From the human T2T-CHM13v2.0 reference genome, Homo sapiens: 64,000 nt of DNA. The notes beneath the pieces were generated by a model, which worked only from the letters and a program-made list of their open reading frames with translations, had not been told where the DNA came from and did no database searches. This document shows, in pieces, positions 35,098-48,949 of this stretch (positions within the stretch are counted from its first letter, which is position 1; each line of letters opens with the position of its first letter). Where the stretch lies: the NCBI RefSeq assembly GCF_009914755.1, contig NC_060929.1; one strand, given 5' to 3'. Both the position numbers and the translations under genes were made by a program.

Positions 35098-36114
35098 CAT
35101 GACGGTGTTTTCTTTAGCTTCTGGGAACTCCTCAGAGCTTACAGATAAAATGGTTACCGTGAGCTCCAATGAGAGACCAATGTTGCTTTGCCTTAAATCC
35201 ACGCTTGGCTAGTAGTTGAGTTGGGTTGATCAAGCTGAGCTCTTGCAGACTCTGGAAAGGAGGAGGTGAGAGCAGCCATGGCTGACACCTCCATGTTGGG
35301 TCCCCTGAGAGCCATGGCCATCTTGGGTTTGACGCTTGCACGTCAGCCTAAAGGATGCATGATCCTGGCAGCTGCTCGTGAGTTCAGAGAGAGGGAGAAC
35401 AAAGTTGCTATGGTTGAAAAACAAAACCACATTTTTTTCTATAAGGTATCAGAAGGTGGATCTGGACTTCAAGTTCCAGAAGCATCAGAGATAGACTAGA
35501 AGATTCTAGGCTGTTGGGGAGGAAAAAGATGTATTTTCCTGGCAGGAGTTCCTTCTAGGATTTAGGGTATAAACTACTCTATCGTCATATGCTCTTATCA
35601 CTGTAATGAAACAGTGGAATCTCCTTCTCTTCTGTCCATTTTTCTTTTCTTCGCCAACTATGTACAGAAAGGCCTGGGTGAGGTGGGGGAGCGATGACAT
35701 CACTCTTTTCTGTCTCTAGGTTGAGCAGAAGCCAAGTTGAAGGCTGGCTCCTATTTTCCGCAATTAGATCTCACTTTGTTGGGGAAATTTTCCAATGTGC
35801 CATTCTATTCTGAGCACCACACTTCTATTTTTATGGAGGAAACTGAAAGGTGTCTATCAAGTCTGAAGGGGTAGGTGAGTTGTCATAGAATACTGACCTC
35901 CTTGTTTCTAAAATGCACAAGGGGAAAATAAAGTCATTCACAACTGGTACCAACACACCAAAAATCAATCTTACGTTCAGAGTGGAGTTCAATGGAATAA
36001 GCAGACTTCTGCAGCCAACTCCTGCAACAACTTGCTGCCTTGGTTTTCTTGATTGTAAAATGGGGACGAGAATAACAATCCCAATTAAATTACTGTTAGT
36101 TATTTCAACTCCTA

Positions 36115-36335
36115 ATAGCAATAACTGATAGCATTTTTTTGAGTGTGATGTGCCAGGTGCTGTCCTTCACAACCACCCTCAGAGGCAGGCTTTATTATTT
36201 CCATTTTAGAGGTAGAAGAAACTGAAACAAAGGGAAGTTAACTAACCTAAGGTTGCATAGCCGAGAAGTGCAGGACCAGGACTTGGATGGACTCAGGCAG
36301 TCTGACCCGGGTCAGCCAGTCCCTAATCATACTTT
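36115..36335 (-). mobile_element. MIR SINE
   Basis: 'cttcacaaccaccctcagaggcagg...ccattttagaggtagaagaaactga'. Confidence 0.75.
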
Positions 36336-36665
36336 CATCTGGGCTCAATAATAAAGACTTGCAAATGCTGCTTGCTGGCGAGTAGTATGAGGTTATCTTC
36401 TGTAGAAGTGAAGTGAAGTGAACTGAAGTGATACAGGAAAAGTGAATTTTCCTGATAAGGGAAGATTTATTCTGTAGGAATCTAAGTTTAATATTAGCCA
36501 TTTGACAACATCTTTTCATGAACATTTCTCTTTTCCTCTATTCTTAAACAGAGTGTGCAAAAAGTGACATAGCCATTTGTATGTAACCTATCCCGTGAAC
36601 CATGTGCCAAACCTGTTCTGATGCCTTGCTGGCATCCCCAGGCACCTCCATCTCCTACTAACCAA

Positions 36666-37065
36666 TGTTAAAGGGAAAAAAAAAAAACCTCAGCAAGTTA
36701 AGTTTAGCAGAGTTTAATTGAGAAAAAACCAATTTGCAAATTGGGCAGCTTTCAAAACCAGAACAGGTTCTAGGAACTCTGGCCAGCAACACGGTCAGAC
36801 AGTATTTATGGATAGAAAACGGAAGTGAGGTGTACAGCTTAATTGGTTACAGCTTGTGCTTGCCTTATTTGAATCCGTTGGTTGCCTGTGAATGACTGAA
36901 GCTCAGCTGCTGTAATGGGCTGAGACTCAGCTGTTTGTTACAAAAGTATATTCCTAAATTAGGCTTTCAGTTAGTTTCCACACTAAGCCAGGCTGCAGTT
37001 CCTTGCTCTTTATGAAGGACCCAATTGCAGATGCAAGCTCAGGCTAAATTTAGATCAATTTAACA
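36666..37065 (-). mobile_element. MER57-family ERV1 solo LTR (second, more divergent subfamily)
   Basis: tgttaaa...tttaaca termini; shares 'agagtttaattgag', 'ccagaacaggttc' and 'ggttacagctt' with the copy at 30441. Perfect 4-bp TSD ccaa (36662-36665, 37066-37069). Confidence 0.82.
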
Positions 37066-37084
37066 CCAAGGGGAAAAGCATTGA

Positions 37085-37220
37085 TATTGACCCATTTTCC
37101 TGTTTATATAACTGAGGCACAGAGAGGTTAAACAACTGGCTCTGGGTCACAGAGCCTGGATCGAGCCTGGACTTTAACTTAAGCATTTTGGCTCCAGGGC
37201 CCTGTGCTCCTCCTGACCGA
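37085..37220 (-). mobile_element. MIR SINE
   Basis: 'aactgaggcacagagaggttaaacaactggctctgggtcacagagc'. Confidence 0.75.
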
Positions 37221-37279
37221 CATTCTGAATTATGACACGGTGGAGTCTCCATGGCCTTCTAGTGGCAATGACCACCTTT

Positions 37280-37755
37280 GCTGTTTATTGATCCTTGGCT
37301 CTGTGTCAAATACTGTGCTAGAAATGCTAGAATGAGCTTGTCCATCCCGCAGCCTGTGGGCTGCATGCAGCCCACGATGGCTTTGAATGTGGACCAACAC
37401 AAATTCGTAAACTTTCTTAAAACATTATGAGATTTTTTTTCTTTTTAGGTCATCAGCTATAATTAGTGTTAGTTTATTTTATGTGTGGCCCAAGATAATT
37501 CTTCTTCCAATGTGGCCCAGAGAAGCCAAAAGACTGGACATCCCTGTGCTAGAAGCTTGATGTGCTGCATTTCACTCAACCCACTCCACAATTCCTCTGA
37601 ATTAGGTACTGCTGTAATCCTGTTTTAGAGCTCAGGGAACAAAGACTTAGAGAAATTAACTAACTTGCCCAACAACACATGGCTAATAAGTGGCAGAGTT
37701 AAGGTTCAAGTTAATAGGTAAGCACCAAAACTTGGGCTCTTTCAACTATGCAACT
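37280..37755 (-). mobile_element. MIR interrupted by MER30
   Basis: 'tactgtgctagaa' resumes after MER30 as 'gcttgatgtg...aactaacttgcccaacaacacatggctaataagtggcagag'. Confidence 0.7.
37333..37546 (-). mobile_element. MER30 (hAT-Charlie MITE)
   Basis: 'gcttgtcca...caacacaaattcgtaaactttcttaaaacattatgaga...ggacatccctg'. Perfect 8-bp TSD tgctagaa. Confidence 0.93.
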
Positions 37756-39292
37756 CTGCTTTTCCATACGGGCCTCAATAAAACAGATGTTCACGGTTGC
37801 TGGTGATTCACACGAGGTTTGCCCTCCCAGGGGGCTGGGCACAAGCTCCTTTGCTGCCTTCTTTCTGCTCAGCTGCTTCTACCTTCCCCAGAGTTCCAAG
37901 TCTTGGTCTCTCTCGCTCAGCAGTTCCCTGGCCTGATGGGATGCATAGAGACTGAGCCGTGCCAGTCAGTGCTGGTTATATCCAGTTCACCCTCAGGCTG
38001 AGTCTGTCATTCAGTAATTTTGCAAGATGACCTCAGAACTGGTCCCCATCCCCATCTCTGTTCTTTCATTGGGGCAGCAATTTAGTATTTAAAAAAAATC
38101 TGTTAGGAGCCATTATTAGATAGTGCAATTCACAGATACCTGGGGGTAGTCACGTGCTCCTTCGTGCAGTAGCACTAGGGTTATTGTTTCTACGAGGAAC
38201 GGGGTCAAAGTCATGCTAACAGAGGGATATGCCTTCTTCATATGGAATCAGACAATGTTGTCTTCAGAGAAAAATTAGTCCTCATGCGGCAGGCGTAAAC
38301 CTTTAAGTTTGAATTAGGGTGTTCAAGAATGCAGGCTTATTTGGTCCTGGGAGCCCACCCAGGTCGGGTTTGTTGTGAACACGGTCATCCTTTTTCCCAT
38401 GGTCCTTAGATGTGGTGATTCTCTGCTGCCTCTGGGCTGTGCTTGACACATAGACAACTTTGGCTTTGATTCTAGTCCAACTTGCCATGATGTACTATGC
38501 AGTCATTTTTCTCTGGAGTCTTTTTTCTTTTCCACTGGGGCTGCCAGGACTTGGCTCATTTTTGCTTTTATAATTATACCACTGAACAACTGATCTCTAT
38601 TCCTTCATTTCTTTCTTTCTTTCTTTGTCCCTCCTTGTCTCCCTCCTTTTCACCCTTTTCCTCCTTCTCTCTTTCTTTCCCTTCCACTCTTCAACACAAA
38701 TCTGAAGGAAAATATCTAAAAATAAGGAGATTCTAATCCCTTTAATTTTTTTGTAGAAACCCTATTTATGTTTACCAAATATCACTTCTCTGTGGGCTTA
38801 GGCTTTTAAGACAAAAGGCAGACATATTTGCAGGCCACTTCTGTTTTCCACTCTGCCACATGTTTCCTACTGGCTGTAGATGTACTTCGGAGATATTGCA
38901 GATTTGGTTCCAGACCACTGCAATAAAGCAAATATCTCAGTACAGGGAGTCACACGATTTTTTTTGCTTTTCCAGTGCATGTAAGTTATGTTTACACTAT
39001 ACTGTAGTCTATTAAATGTGCAAGAGCATTATGTTTAAAAAACAATGTACATACCTGGATTAAAACATAATTTGTTGCTAAAAAATACTAACAATCATCT
39101 GAACATTGAGCGAATCACAGTCGTTTTGCTGGTGGAGGGTTTTGCCTGGTTATCGATGGCTGCTAACTGATTGGGGTGGTGGTTGCTGAAGGTTGGGTGG
39201 CTGTGGAAAGTCCTTAAAATAAGACAGTAATGAGGTCTGTCATGTTGATTGACTCTCTTTCACAAAAGATTTCTCTGTAGCTTGTGATGCGT

Positions 39293-41156
<1,864 letters not shown>

Positions 41157-42869
41157 TATAGGATTATTAACTGGCTTAATTTCAGTATTGTTGTGTCTCA
41201 GGGAATAGGGAGACCAGAGGAGAGGGGAGAGATAGGGGAATTGCCGGTCAGTGGAACAGTCAGAACACAGACAACATTTACTGAGTAAGTTTACCATCTT
41301 ATATGAGTACAGTTTGTGATGCCCCAAAATAAAAATAATAGTAACATCAAAGATCGCTCCTTGCGGATTACCATTGTGGGAGGGGAAGAAGGTGACAGAG
41401 TCCCAGTCACTTCATGAGGTTCAGCCAAGACAGTTAGAAGGACCCTGGTTATCTTGGGATGCCAGCAGATGTGGAGGGAATCTACAGACCAGCTATGGCC
41501 AAGAGGATTTCTCATCCCTTCAGACCTCATTAGCACTGAGGTCACTGACTTACCTCCCTCCCATAGGTGGGCAAATAGCCTAAAGGACAGGAGACAGGGT
41601 GTTCCACATTTATTTATCCAGCAAGTTCTATCAAATAAGCCTCTGTGACAGCCAAGACTTTTTTTTTCATTTTCCTTTTATGCAAAAATGAATGAGTTAG
41701 TTCTTGCCCTTGAGAAGCTCAAAGTCCAGCATAAGAAGCAGAATTTTATGCAGAAAATTATAGTCCCTAGGGCTGTGTGCGTGTGTACGTGTGTGTGTTG
41801 ACTATTTTCTTACATTTCTGTCTCTGCCCCAGCCTTCTCGAGGATATTGGAGATATTCTGCCCTGCCTGCCACCTCTCACCTCCTTTTTCCTGGAGCAGG
41901 AGGAGTGACTTACCTGTTTGCTGGGAAGGGGAGAAATTAACACCCACTGCTCCACGTGGGAAAGAAGGATGTATTAAATTAAAGGTCTCCATTCTCAAAT
42001 GGCCCTTTTCCTTCTCTTTGAAAACAGCTTCCTCTTAGCAGGTATGCACGCATGCATTCTCCTCTGTGTGACAAGAGATTTACTCTGTCATGGGAGGCCT
42101 GAAGTGCTCCAGCAGCTCCGGGTGACCAGGTGAATAAGTCAGGACAAAGACAGGGTGAGCGTACTGGGGGTGTGTGGCATATTAGGAAGCTCGTTTGGCT
42201 GCAGGTGCATCGCTTTTCCATGTCCAGCTTTATCTGTTAAGTAATGAAGCTGATATTGTGAGCTCCATCTCTCAGACTCATGTGCATTTCTCAATTGATT
42301 CCAAAAGCACAGTGGAGGGGTGACATTTGTAGTTTCCCTTAAATCCTATCACGGGATGAGCACCATACAGAAATATGAACAGAGGGCTATGGGGTCAAAG
42401 AGGAGGGAGTACTAGTCAAGAAAGCCTTCACAGAAAAGGTGACAATTGAGCTGGGACTTGAATGGAAGGCATTAGCCAGATGTGACCCAGGAGCTTTACA
42501 GCCTATCTGATTGTTTTTTGTCCCCACCTCAGCCTTAGCGCAGAGCAGGGGACCCAGCAGGGGCTTCATAGCTGTCTGTGGAATAGAGAGATGACAACCC
42601 CTGGAGAACATTCTCTGAGAGCGATGGAGGAGCCCTGGGAAACATGGGAGGGCCACCCTTCTGTCACACATAACCTACCACCTCTGATGGCCTGAGGGCC
42701 ACATGAATGGTGCACAGCAAGAAGCACAGGGCTCTGCCTCATGACTGATCTCACAGGAGGATAGCATGCAAAGCTCTGGGTGGAAGAAACTCAGAAAGCA
42801 GAGACAGTGGGGTGGAGTGTGAGGAAAATCTAGGGCTGAAAGTTCAGAAGTCAAGAAAATGCAGGAGCT

Positions 42870-42920
42870 ACATATGTATACATGTGCCATGTTGGTGTGC
42901 TTGTACCCTAAAGCTTAAAG

Positions 42921-42963
<43 letters not shown>
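42870..42963 (+). mobile_element. 94-bp L1PA 3'-end insertion with 5' inversion and (TAA)n tail
   Basis: Inverted piece 'acatatgtatacatgtgccatgttggtgtgc', forward piece 'tgtaccctaaagcttaaagta', then about 14 TAA units. Perfect 17-bp TSD aagaaaatgcaggagct (42853-42869, 42964-42980). Confidence 0.93.
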
Positions 42964-42965
<2 letters not shown>

Positions 42966-44742
42966 GAAAATGCAGGAGCTTAACGTGAAGGGCTTTGAAA
43001 GAAATTGTGTGCTTGGAAGAGAACCAAGGAGAGCAATTCAGGTGACATGGAGTCAAGACTTTTCTTGAAACAGAATGCCAACTTTGTTAGAGGATTTCTC
43101 CTGGGAATTGGTGGTGGGTAAAACATTAAAGGACTCAAGGAAAACCCACTGCACAGGCAGACAACCAACTTTCGTGGAAAACCAAGGACTAGAAAATTAT
43201 TATTGAAAATTTGTTTTCTTGTGGTTAATCATTCCACATTTGAGAGCTGGTGGTTTTTCATTGATGTAATTAGTGATTACATTTTCTAGAGGACATTTTT
43301 CATGTCAAGCAGACAGTGACTTCAAAGATGAGGAAGGATGGAGCTTCATGGAGAGAAAAAGAAGTGCCATGCTAACACAGTGAAGGGGTGAAACTGGATT
43401 TGACAAAAGCACCCTCTTGCATCATCAGCTACCTTTAAGAATCAGTAAACATGAGCTAATTTTTGAAATATAGTTGCAACTCTGTGATAACACACCCTTT
43501 GGGATCTCCAAGTGACTTGGCTGTGTGGAACTTTGCTGGTTCAGTCCAAGTTCACCTAATCTCTCTCTCTCCTCCAGTATATACTGGTATTAAAAATAGT
43601 CTCTATCCTAACGGGGGAAGAGGACGATAACAATACAGCGTGACAAGTGTATAGATAGATAGAATAGGATGCTATTCTTACCCCTAAGGGGACTTAACCA
43701 AGCCCGGAGGAAGGTGTCTGAGATGAGCTACAGGAGGAGTTACTGTGATTTATTACTTGGTGGTGGCTGTTAAATTTTTCCTTGGAGCTAATGCTTTGAA
43801 TCTGCCCTTCTCTTTATGTCACTCCTAGCTCTTGACTTTTGACCACCTGCCTTATGAATCTGTTTGGGGCTATTAATATCATCAGTATCAGCAGTGTCCT
43901 GGCTCCTCTGTACCCACTTCCTCACCCTTCATTGTCTCAGCTGGCCCTCGTGATGCCTGTGTGACAACTGACCATGGGTACCTGGTATGACCCAAGGGCC
44001 TTGTTCCATTTAGGCCCCTTGTGTATTAATTAGGCTCTCCCAGACTTGAGGACCAAAGCCATGCTCCAGGATCGGAAGGCTATGTGAAGGTCCCTGGAAT
44101 TAAGGGGACAGCAGATGTCTCAGCAGCTGTGCACTCAAGACTCCTGGAGATCTGGGACATGGTTCTGGAGTGATCAGCTTGGCATTTCCTTATAATAGAG
44201 GCTCTGGCTCCTGGCTCCAGTGACTCTCTTGTGCTTGATGGTTAGCCTGTCAGTCTTGGAGCTGTCACTGCCTCTGCTGCTGCTGTTTTCCCCTGCTCCT
44301 CCTTCCCCCTGTCTCTTGCATGTGAGCATCCTCAAGGAATTGCTTCCCCAAATTCTGGGTCTAGTTGGCATTGCTTGGGTAGCAGCTTTTCTTTTCTTCT
44401 TTTGTTACACTATTTTACCAACGTCTATATTAAAGACACAGAGCAGCAGCTTTTCTTGATACAAATATGACAATGTATGTGCCAGGAGCCACCCCATGTC
44501 TGCTTTGCCCAGAAGGGGACCCAGGGCATTCCAGCAACCTAGGTCTCCACCTAGGACTGTCTGGTCCTGGGGAGGAGTTTCCATTCCTGACCACACCCTT
44601 GGTGCCAGAATGTCCAAGTATTCTGATCACAGCTCACAGAGTTTAGCCTGTACTAGGATTTTGACAGGATTCTCTACGTTGCATCCCCAGTCTTGATTTC
44701 ATCCTCACTGTGACATCATAGTTCACTGCCATTAACATTTTA

Positions 44743-44794
44743 TTAGGTTGGTGCAAAAGTAATTGTGGTTTTTGCCATTAAAGGTAAAACCTAA
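44743..44794. mobile_element. MADE1 (Hsmar1 MITE), internally deleted
   Basis: ta|ttaggttggtgcaaaagtaattgtggtttttgccatta...aacctaa|ta, with TA target duplication. Confidence 0.92.
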
Positions 44795-45027
44795 TACCTT
44801 CTCAAGCTATTATTCTTCTAAAACAACACAATCATGCCTTAGGATGGACCCTGAGAGCTACTTCTTTTAGGCTTGGTGATTGACTGGCCCTGCCTCAAAG
44901 GCTCTCAGCCTGCCAGTCCATGGCTCAGCTTTGACTCCTCACATGCTCTGGGCACTTACTCGCTGGGCTTTCTTTCATCTCAGCAGACTTCATCTTACTC
45001 CTATCACTCTACTTGTTACAGTTCTAG

Positions 45028-45243
<216 letters not shown>

Positions 45244-45649
45244 TAAAATGGGAAATAGAAAGTCCCAAGCTAGGGGTGCAGCCCAGGGGCTATCCCAGGC
45301 ACAGACAAGGTAGGCCATCTCCATAGAGCCCAGATCCCCCATACGATCCATATGATCTTCCGCCTCTTCCTGGAAAGCCTTCTAGGTTGCAAAGCCAGCC
45401 ATCTGGGACAGCCACACCACATGACACTCTTTTAGAAACTCTGCAGAGATGAAGAAGAAAGATTCCATCTAGAGGACAATAAGTACAGCCTCAAAAGTAA
45501 CTCAGTAGAGCTACTGGATGTGGCTGAGTTATTAAAGGCCATTCAGGGTGTATGCTAAGGTGATTTTTGACCATCATAGGAGGTCTCCAACTTTCTGCTA
45601 CTGGCCAGGTCTGCAAGCAGCACATATTATGAACTTAAGGGGATACGGG

Positions 45650-45982
45650 TAGTGTTTCTCTAATTTCAGTCTTTCATACACTCATCTTTATCATTTTGAC
45701 TTTACATCACCTAGACTATGATTTGTATTTATTATTATGCTATTATTATTAACTTGTTTAAATCTACTGAAACAACTATAACATAATATTCACTTTTGTC
45801 TTATTATAATAAGTAGTATCTGTGGAATCATATTTTTGAATATATTACTTATGTTTTTCCTAATTAATATTAAATACATTCAGAACAATTATTATAATAA
45901 AATATTTGCTTGTGTACACGTTAAGCATTAAGTCCTCTTGTATACCTACATGGGGACACATACCACACCTTGTAAAACACAG
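45650..45982 (+). mobile_element. MER113-like hAT-Charlie MITE
   Basis: Termini 'tagtgtttctctaatttcagtc' and 'cataccacaccttgtaaaacacag' around an AT-rich core. Confidence 0.55.
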
Positions 45983-48432
45983 CCATAGAGGAACTTTAAG
46001 TGACTGGAATGGAACACTTTTTATCTTAGCAGACTCCATTCTATTCAATTGATTCATCTCCACTTGAGAGGACTTCCAGAGGATTCTCCTTGATGCAGCC
46101 ATTCCTGATGCTTTGTCACTGTGGAAACCAAGGTCACTTTCACCAGGAACTTTAGTTCCTTACATGTGACAGACTTCAAACTCTCTCAGCTCAACAAATA
46201 TTTGCTTGCTCACTATATGCAAGGTGCCATGCGAGGTGCTATGGATGGGGCACTCACTCATGGCCCTACCTCTAAGCAGCTCCCTTCCTCTGTGACGTTA
46301 CAAGGAAAGCATATTTCCAGAGGACGATGGCAAAGAAAAGTTACTATGATGTGATGCTGTGCCAGAAACCCCACTGAGGAAGTCTGTGGCTTAGGCTGGA
46401 GGTCTAAAGGGAACCTCTACCTCCCCTAAAACCCAAACCTTCTGACCACTCTTCAGCCCATCAAAGGATAGAAAATGAAACAGGGAGCATGGGAGAGAAG
46501 AGGAGAGAGAGACAGATGGCTAGACCTCCTCAGGTCCATTTACATCTACCACAAGGTCTAGTCATGTCCTAGAATTTCCAGTTCAGAGCCTCCCACCACC
46601 ATCCCTGCATGGGGAGCAAAAAGAAAGGATAACGGAGAAGCCTATCTGGAGAAAGTGTCATTGAGGCAGATCCCTGAAGGGGGTAATGTTTCCAAATTCA
46701 TAAGAGGATTTAAAGCCCCCTTTAAGGACAGAAATGTTAGTTCTTTCTGCCATTACCTCTCTGGTCAGCCTCCATTCATCTGATATCTAAGTAGAAATTA
46801 AGTCCATAAATATCCACAACAGAAAATTATTATGGTAGGGATCCCTGGAACAATCTTCCCTATGGCCTGGGTAGCTCTATGAAAATGCCACTGTGCAATG
46901 AGACTTCCTGTCTTTGGTCACCAATCTGTCTTGTAGAGTAGGAAAAGTACGTAGCCTTAGATATGAGCCTGGCTAATGCACTATTGGAATACTGAAGTTT
47001 GATTTTGTGCCAATGCCATGATAAGCATATTACTGCATGATCGTCTCCTAGCTGTGTGTGTATATTTTGTAAGCCTGTATTTGAAAGTGTCACTCAGCAA
47101 CAGTCAGGACCATACTCAGGTGGTCTCATTTGAGGAGAAGCCCAATGTCCATCTCTTGGGGTCAGCTTAAGCCAACAGGATCTGTGTTGGGTCCTGGCCA
47201 CTGCTGTTTCACCTGCTGGGACTCCATGAAATGTTAAGATGGCATCACCTGTCCCTTTCTGCCATCAATGTGAGCATAACTGCCTAGGTGGTAAGAAATT
47301 ATAACCCTGAACTCCTAACTTCATCTGGGGACACTTCCTTTTCCTCTCCACTGGGTCTGGGGAGAATAGGAAGTAGAATGAAAGCTTAATTGGTTTTTTG
47401 CCTGCACTGTGAGTCTGGCTCTTTTTGTAAACTCCCATTAGACACAAGAAAAAGAACCCACTTTATTTCTGCCACAGGAATGAGCAAATTAGTCCTTAAG
47501 CAGATGAATGCAACATCAACTCTGTCACCAGCTCACCAGCTGTCTAAGGAGAATGGATGACTCTTTAGACAACAACAACAAACACAGCACTTCTCACACT
47601 TGTGAGAGACTCAACTGGAAGTTGTCTGCAAGCTAGCAATTGCTAAAGGCTACTCGAGACATCTGTCACTTGAAGGAGATAGTCTAAGGGACACGCTCCA
47701 CGTCACTTTCACTGAATCCTCTAAGTACCATTTGTATATTAATTCAGGAAGCAGCAAGTGAATGCTTTTGAGGTCCTTAAAGAAAAGTCTAGCAGGAGTT
47801 AAGACTGAATATTATGCTTTTGAAAGTCTTGAGAGTTGATGGAACAAAGGTCATTTTGCAAGTGTCTTTGTATTTTTTGTATGTTTATTTTTGAAAGTGT
47901 TACTGGTTATACGAGTCATGTTACATTTCCTAAAATTCATTGATAGGAAAAAAAAATCTTTGACCAGATTAATGTATTAATTCTCCCACCAAACCTTTAT
48001 GGAATGTTTTTTTGTGCACCAGGCTCTGGGCTAGGTATTGGAAAATGGAAGAAAAAGTATGTTTTCTTTTGTCTGAAAGAAACTCTGGGTAGCCCAAGCT
48101 GCATTCGTTTTTGCTACATCTGGCAGGAGCACCAAACTAAATTTAGTGTTCAAGTACATTAACTACTACTTCCCACGCACAACTGTTTTATTTTTGTTAT
48201 TAATAAAATGAACTCTTCTTATTTTTCTTATTGAAAAAACTATATTGTAAATAGTTATTTCCCACTGTAAAATTTTCATATAGTACAGAAAAGTTTGTCA
48301 GCTCTCTCTTCTTTATACATCCTCTAATTGTACTCCTTAGTGACACCATTAACTGGGTGTTATCCATGAGTCCAGCTGTAAAATACACATACACATTCAC
48401 TCTCACACACACTTGTGTTTTATGCTAGATGT

Positions 48433-48462
48433 TACACACACACACACAAACACACACACACA
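48433..48462. repeat. (CA)n microsatellite, interrupted
   Basis: acacacacacacacaaacacacacacac read directly. Confidence 0.95.
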
Positions 48463-48540
48463 CCCCGAGAGCAAGGAGATTGGAATGGAGTACCCCAGGT
48501 GCAGGCAATAAGGAGGTGCATTGTTATAAAAGAATTGTAA

Positions 48541-48854
<314 letters not shown>

Positions 48855-48949
48855 GTAAATATACTTTTTATCAGTGCCATGCACCACTAATTCTGAAAAA
48901 TGTCAGGGATAAAATACTCCTCCTTATGAGGTAAACTTCTGTCCCCAGT

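Noticed and set aside
38303-38488. ATG-initiated 61-aa minus-strand ORF in unique DNA
   Set aside because: Length is within chance expectation; no recognisable homology or supporting splice structure.
42868-43056. Poly-tyrosine ORF
   Set aside because: Reverse translation of the (TAA)n L1 tail.
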